Shown here: positions 24,755-37,077 of the stretch, one piece after another | Position numbering within the stretch: position 1 is the first letter of the stretch | How the letters are laid out: every line of letters starts with the position of its first letter | NCBI GenBank assembly: GCA_038087875.1 | Contig: CM075987.1 | Location: forward strand, 24,740,001-24,804,000 | From: Malacoraja senta | Lineage: Eukaryota | Length of the DNA stretch: 64,000 bases | Direction: 5' to 3' | Notes under the pieces: model-generated | What the model was told of the DNA's origin: nothing | Seen by the model: only the letters and a program-made list of their open reading frames with translations | Database searches by the model: none | Made by a program: the position numbers and the translations under genes

Positions 24755-25316
24755 AAGAAAAGGGTGAGGTACGTCAAAAGAAACGTCACCTATTCCTTCT
24801 CTCCAGAGATGCTGCCTGACCTGCTGAGTTGCTCCAGCTTTATGCGTCTGTCTTTGGTTTAAACCAGCATCTGCAGCTTCTCCCTGCACAATAAATAAAA
24901 TAGGGTGTGAATACAATGGGTGTTTGTGATTATATCTGGCAAGCTCACAATCACTAGCGACCATCAATCTCTCGCGCTGGCTTGTCTAAAAAAGGAACAC
25001 TGACAACAAGATAAGGCGATGTGTTGAAACAGGGGAAGAGGTTTGCACATGTAAAGGCGGAGGTCAACAATCCTGCAGCCAACTCTTTGTTGAAGAGAAC
25101 AAAAGCTGTCCTGTCCATCATATTCATGGCTGTAACTTGCAAACCTAAACATTAACATTCAGTGGAAATCTTCTTCCTCATTTACCAATCTGGAAGGGAT
25201 GATAAAATTCCAGCAATGCAAGTTCACAGACAGAAAAATTTCTCAGGCACGATAATGGAATTGATCTGGAGAAAGTATTTGGTGCTGGACCAAAAGACAA
25301 GATGAAACCTTCCTTA

Positions 25317-25650
25317 TAGCCCCGTCCCACGTTGCGAGTTCATTCCAAGAGCTCTCTCTCCCAAGTTTGCCCCGATTCGAACTCGGAGATTTACGGTAAT
25401 GGCCACTCGTCGGTACTCGGGGCTCTCGTGGACATTTTCCAACGTGTTGAAAAATCTTCACGAGTCTTCCCGTGCTTACCTGCCGTTAGCGAGTCTTCCC
25501 GAGTACCTGCCGTTAGCGTTGCGAGCCGCTAAGAGACGTCCCCGAGCTCCGACGTACCCGCTACGTTCATTCTCCGTGCTTACTATGAGTTTGATTTTTT
25601 TAAAACTCGGGAGAGCTCTTGGAATGAACTCGCACCGTGGGACAGGGTTA
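25317..25650 (+). mobile_element. Harbinger-type MITE (subfamily A)
   Basis: TIRs tagccccgtcccac / gtgggacagggtta and a perfect TTA duplication (25314-16, 25651-53). Confidence 0.8.
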
Positions 25651-26590
25651 TTAGTTATCAATATATATATATTTTATTTTTTTTAACTATAGCAGAGGGT
25701 CAAATCATTTCATAAGTTCACGCTCATAAGTGATAGGAGCAGAATTTGGCCATTCGGCCCATTATGTCTACCTCGCCATTCAGTCATGGGTGATCTATCT
25801 TTCCCTCCTATTCTTCTGCCATCTCCCCATAACCTCTGACACCCATACTAATCTGGTATCAAACTGGCTAATGACACTTTGACACAGTCATACCGCATGG
25901 AAATAGACCCTGCAGTCCAACCCTTCAGCTCAACCCATCCACGCCAACCAGGTTTTATAATGGGGCTTGCTTGCATTTGGCCTCTATCCCTTGAATGAAC
26001 GCAGAGAACATTTCCAAGGATGTTGCCAAGACTCCAGGCCTGAGCCACTGGGAGCTTGTTCGGTAGACTTGGACTTCATTCTGTGGAGTGTAGGAAGCTG
26101 AGGTGTGATCTTAATGGGGCGTATTAAATATCAGTTTGTCCGTGGCCTCACTGTGGCAATGGAGGAGACCAATGGCAGAAAGGTCCTCCTGGGAATATTG
26201 TATGGGAATACCATAAATATTCCTTTCCATTCCTCTCATACGGTGAATGCACAGGATATGTTACCCAGGGTAGAAAACCAGAGGACATAGGTTTAAAGTG
26301 AGAGGGGAATGATTGAATGGGAAACTGAGGGGCAACCTTCTGCTTCTTCTTGCGTATGGCGTGCACAGTCTAAAGTTGTAGGACAACTTGTTCTATTTGG
26401 TCTTATTTGATTGTGCACGCCAGGTTGATTGCATTCGTCGAAACAGGCGGACCACGTGAAGGTTGCAATCTCCCACCCCAGGGGCAACCTCATCCACACG
26501 GATGGTGAGGTGTATATGGAATAAGCTGCCAGTGGACTTGGTGAGGCTGGTAGAATGACAACGTTTGAAGACTTCTTAACAAGTACGTTA

Positions 26591-26843
26591 AGGGCCTGTC
26601 CCACTTGCAGGACTTAATTCTTTCATCCCGACCATTTTTTTAACTCGTGGACATTTTTTTAGAAATCGGGCTTGAAAAAAAGTCCCGACTTACCTGATGC
26701 CACGAGTACCTACGGCTGGCATAACGAGCCGCTACGATATATCTACGGACTTCTACGGACTCGTTACGAACATTCTGCGAGTTTGAATCAGGGAGAACTC
26801 GGGAGAATTCGTGAATTACCTCGTGGAAAGTGGGACAGGCCCT
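26591..26843 (-). mobile_element. Harbinger-type MITE (divergent A-related)
   Basis: Perfect 14-bp TIRs agggcctgtcccac / gtgggacaggccct with a TTA duplication. Confidence 0.8.
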
Positions 26844-26940
26844 TTAGGAAACTGGAAGATACGATACGTTACGATAGAACTTTATCCCAGGAGAGAAATT
26901 GATCCGCAAACAGTCATAAAACACGTGAAACATGAAATCA

Positions 26941-27727
26941 AATTAGACTATTATCTAAATGGTGGCCGATTAGGAAAAGGGGAGATGCAACGAGACCTGG
27001 GTGTCATGGTACACCAGTCATTGAAAGTAGGCATGCAGGTGCAGCAGGCAGTGAAGAAAGCAAATGGTATGTTAGCATTCATAGCAAAAGGATTTGAGTA
27101 TAGGAGCAGGGAGGTTCTACTGCAGTTGTACAGGGTCTTGGTGAGACCACACCTGGAGTATTGCGTACAGTTTTGGTCTCCTAATCTGAGGAAGGACATT
27201 CTTGCCATAGAGGGAGTACAGAGAAGGTTCACCAGACTGATTCCTGGGATGTCAGGACTTTCATAAGAAGAAAGACTGGATAGACTCAGCTTGTATTCGC
27301 TAGAATTTAGAAGATTGAGGGGGAATCTTATAGAAACTTACAAAATTCTTAAGGGGTTGGACAAGCTAGATGCAGGAAGATTGTTCCCGATGTTGGGGAA
27401 GTCCAGAACAAGGGGTCACAGTTTAAGGATAAAGGGGAAATCTTTTAGGACTGAGATGAGAAAAACATGTTTTACACAGAGAGTGGTGAATCTCTGGAAT
27501 TCTCTGCCACAGAATGTAGTTTAGGCCAGTTCATTGGCTATATTTAAGAGGGAGTTAGATGTGGCCCTTGTGGCTAAAGGGATCAGGGGGTATGGAGAGA
27601 AAGCAGGTACAGGATACTGAGTTGAATGATCAGCCATGATCATATTGAATGGCGGTGCAGGCTCGAAGGGCCGAAGGGCCGAATGGCCTACTCCTGCACC
27701 TATTTTCTATGTTTCTATGTTTCTATG
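26941..27727 (+). mobile_element. CR1-clade LINE 3' fragment (ORF2 C-terminus and tail)
   Basis: RDLGVMVHQSLK...LYRVLVRPHLEYCVQFWSP...IEGVQRRFTRLIPGM, an in-frame stop, then LEFRRLRGNLIETYKI...RTRGHSLRI...FTQRVVNLWNSLP, ending in (TTTCTATG)n. Confidence 0.92.
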
Positions 27728-29753
27728 TAAAGTGACGAGTGGAAAGGATTGGGGATGTGCAAAGGTTTGGGGATGGGGTGGGGGGGGGGGAGTCCGTCTA
27801 CCCCACGACAGAAGGGGGAGGACTTGTACAGTTTGATAGCCACAGGGAAGAAGGATCTCCTGTGGCGTTCTGTGCTGCATCTTGGTGGAACCAGTCTGTT
27901 GCTGAAGGTGCTCCTCAGGTTGACCAGTGTGTTATGGAGGGGGTGAGCTGTATTGTCCAAGACTTGGACCGAGCGCAAGTGTTCGGCGAAACGGACGCCT
28001 AGTCTACGCTTACTGTCACGTGCACCTGTATCTGCTTATCACTTGGTAGACAAAAGTGCTGGAGAAACTCAGCGGGGTGCAGCAGTATCTATGGAGCGAA
28101 GGAAATAGGCAATGTTTCGGGCCGAAACCCTTCTTCAGACTGGTTATCACTTGCGAGGCTTAGTCCGCCCCCCCCCCCCCCCTCTCTCTTTCAGCTCTCT
28201 CGAACCACCTCCCTCTCTACCACAATCAGTTTGAAGTAAGGTCCCAAAGCAAAGCAAGAATTTCATTGTCCTATCAGGGACACATGACAATAAACTCTCT
28301 TGATCTTGAAGTCGAAACGGCACCTACTCATGTTCTCCAGAGATGCTGACTGACCCAATGAGTTTTGTTTAGTTTAGAGATACAGCGCAGAAACAGGACC
28401 TTTGCCACACCAGCAATGCCCGCACCAGCAATGCCCGCACATTGACACTACCCTACGCGCACTAGGGACAATTTACACTTACACCAAGCCAATTAACCTA
28501 CAAACCTGCACGTCTTTGGAGTGGGGGAGGAAACCTAAAATCTTGACGAAAACCCACGTGGTCACGGGGAGAACATACAAACTCCGTACAGACAGTACCC
28601 ATAGTCAGGATCGAACCTGGGTCTCCGGCGCTGTAAGGCAGCAACTCTACCGCTCTGCCACCTTGATGTGCCGAGTTACTCCAGCACTTTGCGTTTTTCT
28701 TCAGTTCCAAATTAAGATGCTTTGCCTCTGGTTCTATAATGTTTATAAATGGTGCACAAGTTCACAAGTTTATAGGAGTAGAATTAGGCCATTCGGCCCA
28801 TCGAGTCTACTCCGCTGAGCTCTCACATCCTATTTTCCTGCCTTCTCCCCATAACCCTTGCCACCCGTTCTAATCAAGAATTTGTCTATCTCCGACTTTA
28901 AAGTATCCACTGACTTGACTGCCACAGCCTTCTGTGGCAATGAGTTCCACAGATTCACTACCCTCTGATGAAAGAGGTTCCTCTTCACCTCCTTTCTAAA
29001 AGAGCGCCCTTTAATTCTGAGGCTACGACCTCTGGTCCGAGACTCTCCCACTAGTGGAAACATCCTCTCCACATCCACTCTATCTATGCACTGTCGTACT
29101 TCATTGTACAAGGTCAGATTGTGCACGGCTGAGCCAGAACAGGAACTCTTCCTGGTGCTATCAAGATCCATTACAATCAGCACAGGTGTTGGAAGCAGAA
29201 TCTGAAGAATTGTGGAAGCCTGAAAATAAAACTCACCCAGGAGATTTGACCATAAAGTACAATTGTACCAAAGCTATTAAATGAGATCCAAGTTCTTACT
29301 TGAGAGTTCACAGACTTTATGTCAAGACTAATTGATACGGACAAAATATGTTTCAGTACCAATAAAAAATGACAGGGATAATTTTCAATCAGTGGTGCTC
29401 CTACAAAGAACTGAGGAAAGATGTCTCAAGCCCATTCCTTCTCTCCAGAGAGGCTGCCGATCTCACTGAGTTACTCCAGCATTTTATGTCTTTCCCCAGA
29501 TTACAGTTCTAATGAGAGACTCTTGGATTGTTTTTTGCTGGAGGCTGTGGGAGACCTAATAGAAGTGAAAACAAATATGAGATGCCTGGATCAGGAAGAC
29601 AGTCAGAACCGTTTTCCCAAATATGAAAATGTCAAAAACTAGAGGGCATTGCTTTAGGGTGAGAGGGGCAACGTTTACAGAGTGGCATGGTGCCATAGCG
29701 GTAGAGCTGATGCCTCACAGCACCAGAGTCCAGGGTTCAATCCTGACTATGGG

Positions 29754-30182
29754 TAGGGTTGCCAACTGTTCCGTATTAGCCGGGCCATCCCATATATTGG
29801 GCTAAATCGGTTTGTCCCACACGGGACCGCCCTTGTTCCGTATATGACTGCCACTACTCGGGTCGAGGGGATTGTCCGGTTGCCGCGTCCGGCCCCGCCT
29901 GCCCGTGGCCCCGTCGGTCGGCAGCCCGGCCAGTTGTCCGACCTTCAGACCTTCGCTTACCGCCGACACCACCACCTCTCCTTCTCATGGCCGATCATCG
30001 GTTCATGAGTTGGATGGGGTGCAGGGCCAAAACTCCTCAGCTGGCCCGCCGACTGGGCCCGTCCTGCCCCCCGGGCCAACTCATCATTCACCCAGCCACG
30101 GCCGAGTCGGTCAACGAATTGCTGTCGGGAATTTGTCCCTTATTTTGACCCTTATATGGGAGTGAGAAAGTTGGCAACCCTA
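29754..30182. mobile_element. Non-autonomous hAT (Blackjack-like) element
   Basis: TIRs TAGGGTTGCCAACT / AGTTGGCAACCCTA and 8-bp TSD actatggg / tctatggg (7/8), inserted in a SINE. A related partial copy lies reversed at about 59150-59490. Confidence 0.8.
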
Positions 30183-31051
30183 TCTATGGGTGCTGTCTGT
30201 ACGGAGTTTGTACGCTCTCCCTGTGACCTGCACGAGATCTTTGGTTTCCTCCCACACTCCAAGGACGTACAGGTTTGTAGTTGAATTGGCTTGGTGTCAA
30301 TGTCCCTAGTCTGTGCAGGACGGTGTTAATGTGTGCGGGGATCGCTGGTCGGCGCGGACACGGTGGGCCGAAGGGCCTGTTTCCACGCTGTATCTCTAAA
30401 CTAAACTTCAGCAGACAAAGCAACATTCATGCTCAATGCAAAAACCATGACATTTACAAAAACTAGACCAAAGACAGGTTCGAAAAAGACCCTGCAGGCA
30501 CCTGTGAGATATGTAGTCAACTGTACCAGGTCTCTCGTGAGTGAGTTGCCCAAATTTTTCATTTGCCCCCCCCCCCAATCTATTTTGCCAGATCGCTTTT
30601 CGGCAATTATTCAATAAGTACATTTTGCAATTTACTCAGAATCCAGTTATATTGTTCTTTCCACCCACCTGCCCCAGGGAGAGGATTAACCATTTTAGAT
30701 TTCAGCCAAGACAATATTTTGACCATTTAAGAACTAGCTGAATTGAATTCTCCACTCTCCAAGTAGGGTTTTCATATACGGGGTGACAGAGTGCACGAGG
30801 TTTCATCATTCACAGTGCTTTCCGAGGGCATTCACAAAGATGTTTTACGAGCTCTCCGATTTCTCACGAAGGCTTTTAAGATTTGTGCTCTTAAGGAGGT
30901 TTTCATTGTGTACGGTTACTGCCACCCAGTGGTGGATTCTAAAAACACATCCCGCCCCTTACGCTTCTCAAGAGTGGAGTGTGTTTTATTGTCGTGTGTC
31001 CCAGATTGAACAATGACATTCATACTTGCTGCAGCACAACACAATATGTAA

Positions 31052-31856
31052 AACTCCGGAAGTGGCGGTGCTGTTGCACAGCTGCGGCTCGCCTGCAGTC
31101 CGTCTGTTTTTACTTTTGTTGTTGTTTTCTTTTGTCCTGTTTTAGTTAAACTTTAGTTTATTGGGTTGTGTATGTGTGTGGGGTAGGGGGGGTAAAACAT
31201 GATTTTTGTCCCTTCCTTCGGGGGGAATGCGACTTTTTCTTGTCGTATCCCCCTTCTCTGCCTCCGTCTGCGCTGAGGCCAAAATGGCGGAGCTGCCGGC
31301 CTCCAACTCCAACCGACCTCGAGGCTCCGGAGGCAGAGCCAGGACTTACCAGCGCAGGGCTGGCCGGCTTCAGGGCTGCGGTGGCGTTCTGGCGGTGGCG
31401 ACCGAGGACGCTGGTGGCGGCCCGAGTCCGGAGGCTCGGCCGCCGGCCCGGTGGACGACATCGTCGGGAGCTCGCAGGTCACAGGTGGGTGACCTGCTTC
31501 TCTGGGGCTCCCGCAACTACAGCTGCGTCCGCTGGACTGGAGGGCGGCAGCTTCGGCCACCCTGGGCCGCGGAGTTTGAACCGGCCCGTCACGGACGGAG
31601 CACGGATTCAGCCGCGGGACTGACTTACCATCACCCGGCGGGGTCACAACGTCAGCGCAGAGGGAGAACAAAGAGGGAAGAGACAGAGACTTTAAGACTT
31701 TTGCCTCCATCACAGTGAGGAGGTGCCTGGTGAACTCACTGTGGTGGATGTTAATTTGTGTTTATTGTGTGTTTTGTTATTTATTATTATATGTATGACT
31801 GCAGGCAACGAAATTTCGTTCAGACCGAAAGGTCCGAATGACAATAACGGAATCTA
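31052..31856 (+). mobile_element. GC-rich non-autonomous non-LTR element with a LINE-type 3' stem-loop
   Basis: CpG-rich 5' and central region with CCGGAAGT and AAAATGGCGG. The 3' end GAAATTTCGTTC...GAATGACAATAA resembles the Rex1/L2-type tails elsewhere in the window. It appears to interrupt an older reversed LINE tail. Confidence 0.55.
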
Positions 31857-32143
31857 TAGTACACGGTAAACAACATAATAAACGAGAGAGAAAATTTCAG
31901 TGTGTGTGTACACAAATAAATATATACACACTCACATATATAAACGCACACACAAATATACACCTGGCCACACACTCATTTCATTCCTACCATTGGAAAG
32001 AAGGTACAAGAGCCTGAAAACTGTAACGTCCAGGTTCAAGAACAGCTTCTTCCCTACATCCATCAGGCTATTAAACAACCTCAAATAAGCTCCGAACTAC
32101 ATTAAATTGGAGGCATTGGTTTTGTATTTTTGCTGCTGCTCTT

Positions 32144-32748
32144 TCTGTGTCTGTGTCTGTGTCTGTGTCTGTGTCTGTGTCTGTGTCTGTGTCTGTGTCT
32201 GTGTCTGTGTCTGTGTCTGTGTCTGTGTCTGTGTCTGTGTCTGTGTCTGTGTCTGTGTCTGTGTCTGTGTCTGTGTCTGTGTCTGTGTCTGTGTCTGTGT
32301 CTGTGTCTGTGTCTGTGTCTGTGTCTGTGTCTGTGTCTGTGTCTGTGTCTGTGTCTGTGTCTGTGTCTGTGTCTGTGTCTGTGTCTGTGTCTGTGTCTGT
32401 GTCTGTGTCTGTGTCTGTGTCTGTGTCTGTGTCTGTGTCTGTGTCTGTGTCTGTGTCTGTGTCTGTGTCTGTGTCTGTGTCTGTGTCTGTGTCTGTGTCT
32501 GTGTCTGTGTCTGTGTCTGTGTCTGTGTCTGTGTCTGTGTCTGTGTCTGTGTCTGTGTCTGTGTCTGTGTCTGTGTCTGTGTCTGTGTCTGTGTCTGTGT
32601 CTGTGTCTGTGTCTGTGTCTGTGTCTGTGTCTGTGTCTGTGTCTGTGTCTGTGTCTGTGTCTGTGTCTGTGTCTGTGTCTGTGTCTGTGTCTGTGTCTGT
32701 GTCTGTGTCTGTGTCTGTGTCTGTGTCTGTGTCTGTGTCTGTGTCTGT
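32144..32748. repeat. Pure (TCTGTG)n microsatellite, about 100 units
   Basis: Uninterrupted 605-bp hexamer run, read directly from the sequence. Confidence 0.98.
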
Positions 32749-33658
32749 ACGTGTGTACACATACATATATACACACACAAAAATAATAGTGCAAAAATAC
32801 AAAACCAATGCAGTTGAGAGCATATTTGAGGTTGTAGTGTTCAATAGCCTGGTGGATGTGGTGAAGAAGCTGTTCCTGGACGTTACAGTTTTCAGGCTCC
32901 TGTGCCTTCTTTCCAATGGTAGAATTGAAATGAGTGTGTGGCCAGGGTGGTGTGGGTCTCTGATGATGCTGGCTGCCTTTGAGGCAGCGACTCCGGTAAA
33001 TCCCTTCAATGGTGGGGAGGTCAGAACCCGTGATGGACTGGGCAGTGTTCACCACTTTTTGCAGTTTTTTTCTCGCATTTGTATTCATATTCTTGCACGT
33101 GTAGAAAGGAACGGCAGCGAAGACTGACACATAGTGCTGGGGTAACTCAGCGAGTCAGGCAGCATCTCTGGAGAAAAGGGATGGGTGACGATTTTGGTCG
33201 GGACCCTTCTTCAGACTGACATTCCGGGTGGGGACCCTTCTTTATTCTTGCACCTGGTTTATACCTGCGCCTGCATAACTTTGCCCTGGCGATTTATCAA
33301 TCAGTCACACAATTATATTCATGTATGTCTGTCTTGAAGATTCTTTTTGAAAAGATTCCGTGCAGAATGAAGATAAATAATTAAATCAAAAAAAAGTATA
33401 TGAAAAGAAAATCAAAGTACTGCAGATGCTGGAAATCTGAAGTAAAAACAGAAATCGCTGAGAGCATTCAGCACATCAGGACCAATGTTACTGAAAAGAG
33501 ATTATGATGCAATTTGTCGGACTTTCTCTGTATAAGCCGGCTGTGTTGTGTCCCAATATCATAACAATGACGTCAGTTCATCAGTACAGACTTCAGGGGG
33601 CAGCACGGTGACACAGCGGTAAAGTTGCTGCCTTACAAACGCCTGAGTTGCTGCCTTA

Positions 33659-34101
33659 AGGGCCTGTCCCACGAGCATGCGACTGCATGCGGCGAGCGCG
33701 ACCAAACCGGAAGCGGGGGTCGCGCGGAGGTCGAGTGATCCCCGTACAGGGCCGGTCCCACCAGCATGCGGCTGCATGTGGCGAGCGCGACAGGGGCTGC
33801 GCGGAGGTCGAGTGAGTGACGTGAAGTTCGAGTGAAGTCTGCGGGAAGTTCGCACGTGATGTACGGTGTCAAGACGCTGCATACGGCGTCGAGGTGGCTG
33901 CGGGCCGGCAGGCCGTTGCTGCGCGGAATTTTTTAACACTGTCAGTTTTTCGGAGCCCCGCGCGATGTCGGGACCAGCTCCGCACAACTTCATACGGCTC
34001 TGGCGATCGAAGTGGGACCGGCCCCGTGAGACCGTACGGCTCAAGCGACCACGATAGGTCGCGCTTGTCGCATGCAGTCGCATGCTCGTGGGACAGGCCC
34101 T
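33659..34101. mobile_element. Harbinger-type MITE (subfamily C, GC-rich) inserted in a SINE head
   Basis: Long TIRs agggcctgtcccacgagcatgcgactgcatgcg... with TTA duplication (33656-58, 34102-04). Confidence 0.85.
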
Positions 34102-35106
34102 TTACAGCGGCAGGGGCCTGGGTTAGTTCCCCAACTGCGGGTGCTGCGTTTATGTACGTTCTCCCTCTGGGTTTCTCCGGGTGCTCCGGTTTCATCCCAC
34201 TTTCCAAAGAAATACAGGTTTGCAGGTTAATTGGCTCCGATTAAAATTGCTCAACTTTCCCCTAGTGTGTGTAGGATAGCCCTGGTGTACGGGGTGATCG
34301 CTGGTCGGCGCAGTCTCGGTGGGCCGAAGGGCCCGTTTCCGCGTTGTATCTCTCAAGTCTAAATTCCTAAAAGAACTTCATTGTCGTGTGGCCTTTTTCT
34401 CTCACATACAATAAGACCAGTTCAATTCATTTTAATGGGCTTGAAAGCTAACTGTTTTTTTTGTTTTTTTAAACAAATCTTACTACAGCCCAAAAACTGA
34501 CAAGTTGCTGAGAAAGTCAGTATATTGTCCCTGCCAGAAAAAAAATATATAAAATTGTAGGTGAACAAGAACGGATAGGAATGCATTACAACGTTCTAGC
34601 ATAGTCGCTGGCCTGTTGTGTTTATAATACAATTGGAAGAAATCACAAATTAATTCACATAAAAAAATAACATGAGCTTGCCTCTCGGAACACTGGAAAC
34701 AACGTCCATGTGAGACGGCTTTTGAGAACTCATCGAGCAATGATTTGGTTTAAAGTGACTGCCAACAATAAAGTGTAGACACAAAATGTGGAGAAGGGTC
34801 TCGACCCGAAAAGTCACCCATTCCTTCTCTCCAGCGATGCTGCCTGTCCCGCTGAGTTACTCCAGCATTTTGTGTCCATTTTTCCCCCAGTTATCCGACA
34901 CAAGGTCTATGCATTTTATGAGCTGCTGAGAACTTTTAAGTGCTACATTCACTTTGCACTGGGCAACACTTCCTGACTTGCCCAACTCCCTGAAAGCTGG
35001 CAGATATGTATCTCCACCTTTATACATGCGGGCAACCTTGAAATGGCATTCTTGCAATTCAGCCTGGTCCAGCATCTAGCATAGAGTGCCACGGGTAGCT
35101 GGGCAT

Positions 35107-35645
35107 ACATAGAAACATAGAAAACAGGTGCAGGAGGAGGCCATTCGGCCCTTTGAGCCAGCACTGCCATTCATTGTGATCATGGCTGATCGGCCCCTAT
35201 CAATAACCCGTGCCTGCCTTCTCCCCATATCCCTCGACTCCACTAACCCCTAGAACTCTTTCTAACTCTCTCATAAATCCATCCAGTGACTTGGCCGCCA
35301 CTGCCCTCTGTGGCAGGGAATTATACAAATTCACAACTCTCTGGGTGAAAACGTTTTTTCTCACCTCAGTCTTAAATGGCCTCCCCTTTATTCTAAGACT
35401 GTGGCCCCTTGTTCTGGACTCGCCCAACATTGGGAACATTTTTCCTGCATCTAGCTTGTCCAGTCCTTTTATAATTTTATATGTTTCAATAAGATTCCCC
35501 GTCATCCTTCTAAACTCCAGTGAATACAAGCCTAGTCTTTTCAATCTTTCCTCATACGACAGTCCCGCCATCCCAGGGATCAATCTCGTGAACCTACGCT
35601 GCACTGCCTCAATCACAAGGATGTCCTTCCTCAAATTAGGAGACC
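35107..35645 (-). mobile_element. CR1 LINE 3' fragment
   Basis: ORF 35200-35634 (VQRRFTRLIPGM...RTRGHSLRIKG...) plus CR1 tail. Confidence 0.9.
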
Positions 35646-36699
35646 ATTAGGAGACCATAAGTCTCAGTCAAAGCACAGCGTGGAAACAGGCCCTTCGGCC
35701 CAACTTGCCCATGCTGACCAACATGCCCCATCTACACTAGTCCCAGCTGCCTGTGTTCGGCCCACATCCCTCTAAACCTATCCTATCCATGTACCGTTTC
35801 AAATCTTTCTTGAACATTGTGATAGTCCCTGCCTCAATGATCTCCTTTGGCAGCTTGTCCCATATACACAATGTGGCAAAATAAACCTTCTCAAATTAAA
35901 TCATGAGGCCGGCACGGTGGCACAGCGCCAGAGACCCAGACTACGGTAGCTTGCCTGTGTGGTCTCCCCGTGACTTGCGTGGGTTCTCTCCGGGAACTCC
36001 GGTTTCCTCCCACACTCCAAAGACGTAAAGGTTTGTAGGTTAATTGGCTTCAGTAAAACTTGCAAATTATCCCTAGTGTGTGTAAGATAACATTAGTGAG
36101 CGGGGATCGCTGGTCGTCGCTGACTCGGTGGGCCAACGGGCCTGTTCCGCGCTGTATCTCGAACCTAAGCTAAACTAAACATGCTGATGACTTAATTCCC
36201 TTCCCAACAGGAGCTGCTGTTTAAGAGCCAAAAACACATTTTGACTTTGCTCCAAATTCTGCTTGCATATAGGAGACATGTTTGACACAGTTTCCAATCC
36301 ATTTTTACTCGAGTACACTATGCTCATTCCAATTGAAAGTAGAATCTCAGTTGTGATCGAGTCATGGAGTCACACAGCGTGGAAACAGGCCCTTCGGACC
36401 AACTTTCCCATGCTGACCGACATGCCCCATCTACACTAGTCCCAGCTGCCTGTGTTTGGCCCACATCGCTCTAAACCTATCCCTATCCATGTACCGTTTC
36501 AAATGTTTCTTGAACATTGTGATAGTCCCTGCCTCAATGATCTCCTTTGGCAGCTTGTTCCATATACCTACCACTCTTCGTATGAAAAAGTTCCCTTCAG
36601 GATCCTATCAAATCTTTCCTTTTCTCCAGAGATGCTGCCTGACCCATTGAGTAACTGCACATTTTTGTGCCTATCTTCAGTCTAAACCAACAGTTTCAG

Positions 36700-37077
36700 G
36701 TCAGTCTCGACCCAAAACGTCACCTATTCCTTCACTCCATAGATGCTGCCTCACCCGCTGAGTTTCTCCAGCATTTTTGTCTACCTTTGATTTTTCCAGC
36801 AAATCGAGACCCTTCTTTTCCAGCATTTTTCCAGCAAATTGAGACCCTTCTTCAGACTGATGTGGGGGTGGGGGGGTGGGAAGAAGAAAGGAAGAGGCGG
36901 AGACAGTGGGCTGTGGGAGAGCTGGGAAGGGGAGGGGAAAGAGGGAGAAAGCAGGGACTACCTGAAATTGGAGAAGTCAATGTTCATACCGCTGGGGTAT
37001 AAACTACCCAAGCGAAATACGAGGTGCTGCACCTCCATTTTATGGTGGGACTCACTCTGGCCATGGAGGAGGCCTAA
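36700..37077 (-). mobile_element. Penelope-like 3' fragment with pLTR
   Basis: Minus-strand GLLHGQSESHHKMEVQHLVFRLGSLYPSGMNIDFSNFR followed by a pyrimidine-rich pLTR. Similar pieces lie at 53935-54248 (-) and 51880-52115 (+). Confidence 0.75.

Noticed and set aside
29100..29225. Minus-strand peptide LLPTPVLIVMD resembling the ASTN2 segment LSPTPVLLEIN
   Set aside because: Only about five residues match; the flanking cysteine-rich sequence and splice sites of the expected exon are absent.
31153..31718. 150-186 aa ORFs in the GC-rich insert
   Set aside because: Open on both strands because of high GC; no transposase, RT or other domain.
32071..33130. Six long ORFs (218-342 aa: poly-TD, QT, HR, CV, LC, SV)
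   Set aside because: Artefacts of the stop-free (TCTGTG)n microsatellite.
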